Positions 62,681 to 64,000 of a stretch of 64,000 bases of DNA are shown piece by piece. The DNA is taken from NCBI RefSeq assembly GCF_018977255.1, contig NW_024704754.1, positions 13,950,001 to 14,014,000 of the forward strand. The letters run 5' to 3'. Position 1 is the stretch's first letter, and each line of letters begins with the position of its first letter. Origin of the DNA: Callorhinchus milii (Eukaryota). Under the pieces are notes generated by a model. That model saw only the letters and a list, made by a program, of their open reading frames with translations. It did not search any database and was not told the origin of the DNA. The position numbers and the translations under genes are program-made.

Positions 62681-64000
62681 TGGTAAACACACAATATGGA
62701 ACTCGTGCAACTATGAGGACCCAGGACATTAGCATTTTGGCTCATGGGATTGACAGCATGTCTATGGCAACATGTTTCAATGATGAGCCATGTAGACTAT
62801 TTAACTTGGTTTCCTCAAGAGTTGTTTATCTTACCAGAATAAATTCTGCCCCAGGGGCCCCTCCATTCATCTCTCCTCTTCCGCACCTCTGGTTCTGAGG
62901 ACTTCATTTTAAACATACAATACAATACAAAATCACATTTGTATAGCACCTTTCACATAAAATATTACTCAAGTTATAGATGAAAACTAAGTGAGTCACT
63001 ATGATACAAACCAGATACTTCTCATCCCAAGTTAATTGATTGAACTACCTAAAACACTTTTTGGGGGGGTCAGCTGGATATCTGACACTTGCAGAAATCC
63101 AACACTGTGCTTAAGTGTATCTAAACCAAACTGAGATATCCATGCATCCCACTTACACATGGAAATACCAGAGATACATTGTGGAATGGACTGTATATTA
63201 TTGCCCTGGAGGAACGCATCCTGCTTACCTAATTCCAGAAAGTTTTGGGAACACGTTGTCAAGAGCCAAGGCTTGGGGATGCCAGAGTGCGCATTGGGGT
63301 ACATCTGCAGTCTAACTACATAGCTTGTCATTGATATCATTGTCTGGCTAGGGTCACACTACCGGTTAGGGCATTGGCTTGCAGTGTTAACAGGAGCTTA
63401 GTGGGATGATGCCCTGCCCCCAGTGACTGGTCTGCCCTTCCAAGTCCTGCAGATGAGCCAGACTGGCTGTGCTTCCATCAGCAGTGCCCTGGAATACGGA
63501 GGATTAACCTGACTCAGGAACCTGGCTTCTGAGACTGCCGCAGAGGATTGGCTCAATTCTAACATTTCATTACCAAACAGATCCTATTTTCCTTCCCTCC
63601 CAATAGAATAATCACTAGTTGGTCATTTGACATCCGCCAAGTGGGGGTTGGAGCCCTCACTAGGTGGATGGTAGCTACCAGGAACACCCTGTGAGCTTCC
63701 CTGTGGGCCACACATCTCAGCTGGATAATTATAGTGGACACTCGGACCTCAGGGAGGAAGCTGAGGAGGGAACCTGAGCTTTTTTAAAGAGGTGAGGAAG
63801 TCCCCCCCCATCCCTATGACTGGGGCTGGACTGACTCCATGGTTTGATGGTTAGAGCCGGTGGGGGAGGGGGGTATTATAAGAGGGGTGTCAGGTTCTGC
63901 CCATGTGCCCAAGTGTCTGCACCCCTCTGTGATTGTTGTGTTGCTGTTCCAGATTCTTCCTCCCCCACCACCCCCCCCAGATGTGTTATAGTGAGAATCT

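Noticed and set aside
1-64000. CRISPR-like array from the recurring stem-loop repeat, and most short ORFs in the track
   Set aside because: The repeats are dispersed retroposon tails with no regular spacers in eukaryotic DNA. The short ORFs map to CR1/L2/SINE fragments or their antisense strands.

Overview
Vertebrate genomic DNA, most likely from a cartilaginous fish (inferred from the CR1/L2/DeuSINE/LF-SINE-like repeat content, not verified). It is repeat-dense and has one assembly gap (52927-53116). The main content is a + strand Siglec-like type I receptor gene: signal-peptide exon 21349-21400, V-set 23751-24113, three C2-type Ig exons (24202-24510, 26778-27056, 36646-36900), TM exon (39013 or 39076 to 39186) and an ITIM exon (39814-39875). 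The exons join in phase through GT-AG introns, and the V domain has the Siglec hallmarks (B-E strand Cys pair, YYFRFE with the essential Arg, flanking Trp residues). The terminal exon could not be fixed. A second paralog starts at 62025, about 40.7 kb downstream, and runs off the window. Its promoter and leader block is almost identical to gene 1 over about 310 bp while the flanks are unrelated or strongly diverged, which suggests gene conversion. Between the genes lies a head-to-tail tandem duplication (about 43103-50085 and 50087-55162) with reciprocal, TSD-bounded TE insertions. Other notable items are candidate immune enhancers, two long hairpins, an atypical RTE-like RT fragment, and a SINE/L2 shared 3' stem-loop with a compensatory change. 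There are no CRISPR arrays, rRNA genes or bona fide tRNA genes.
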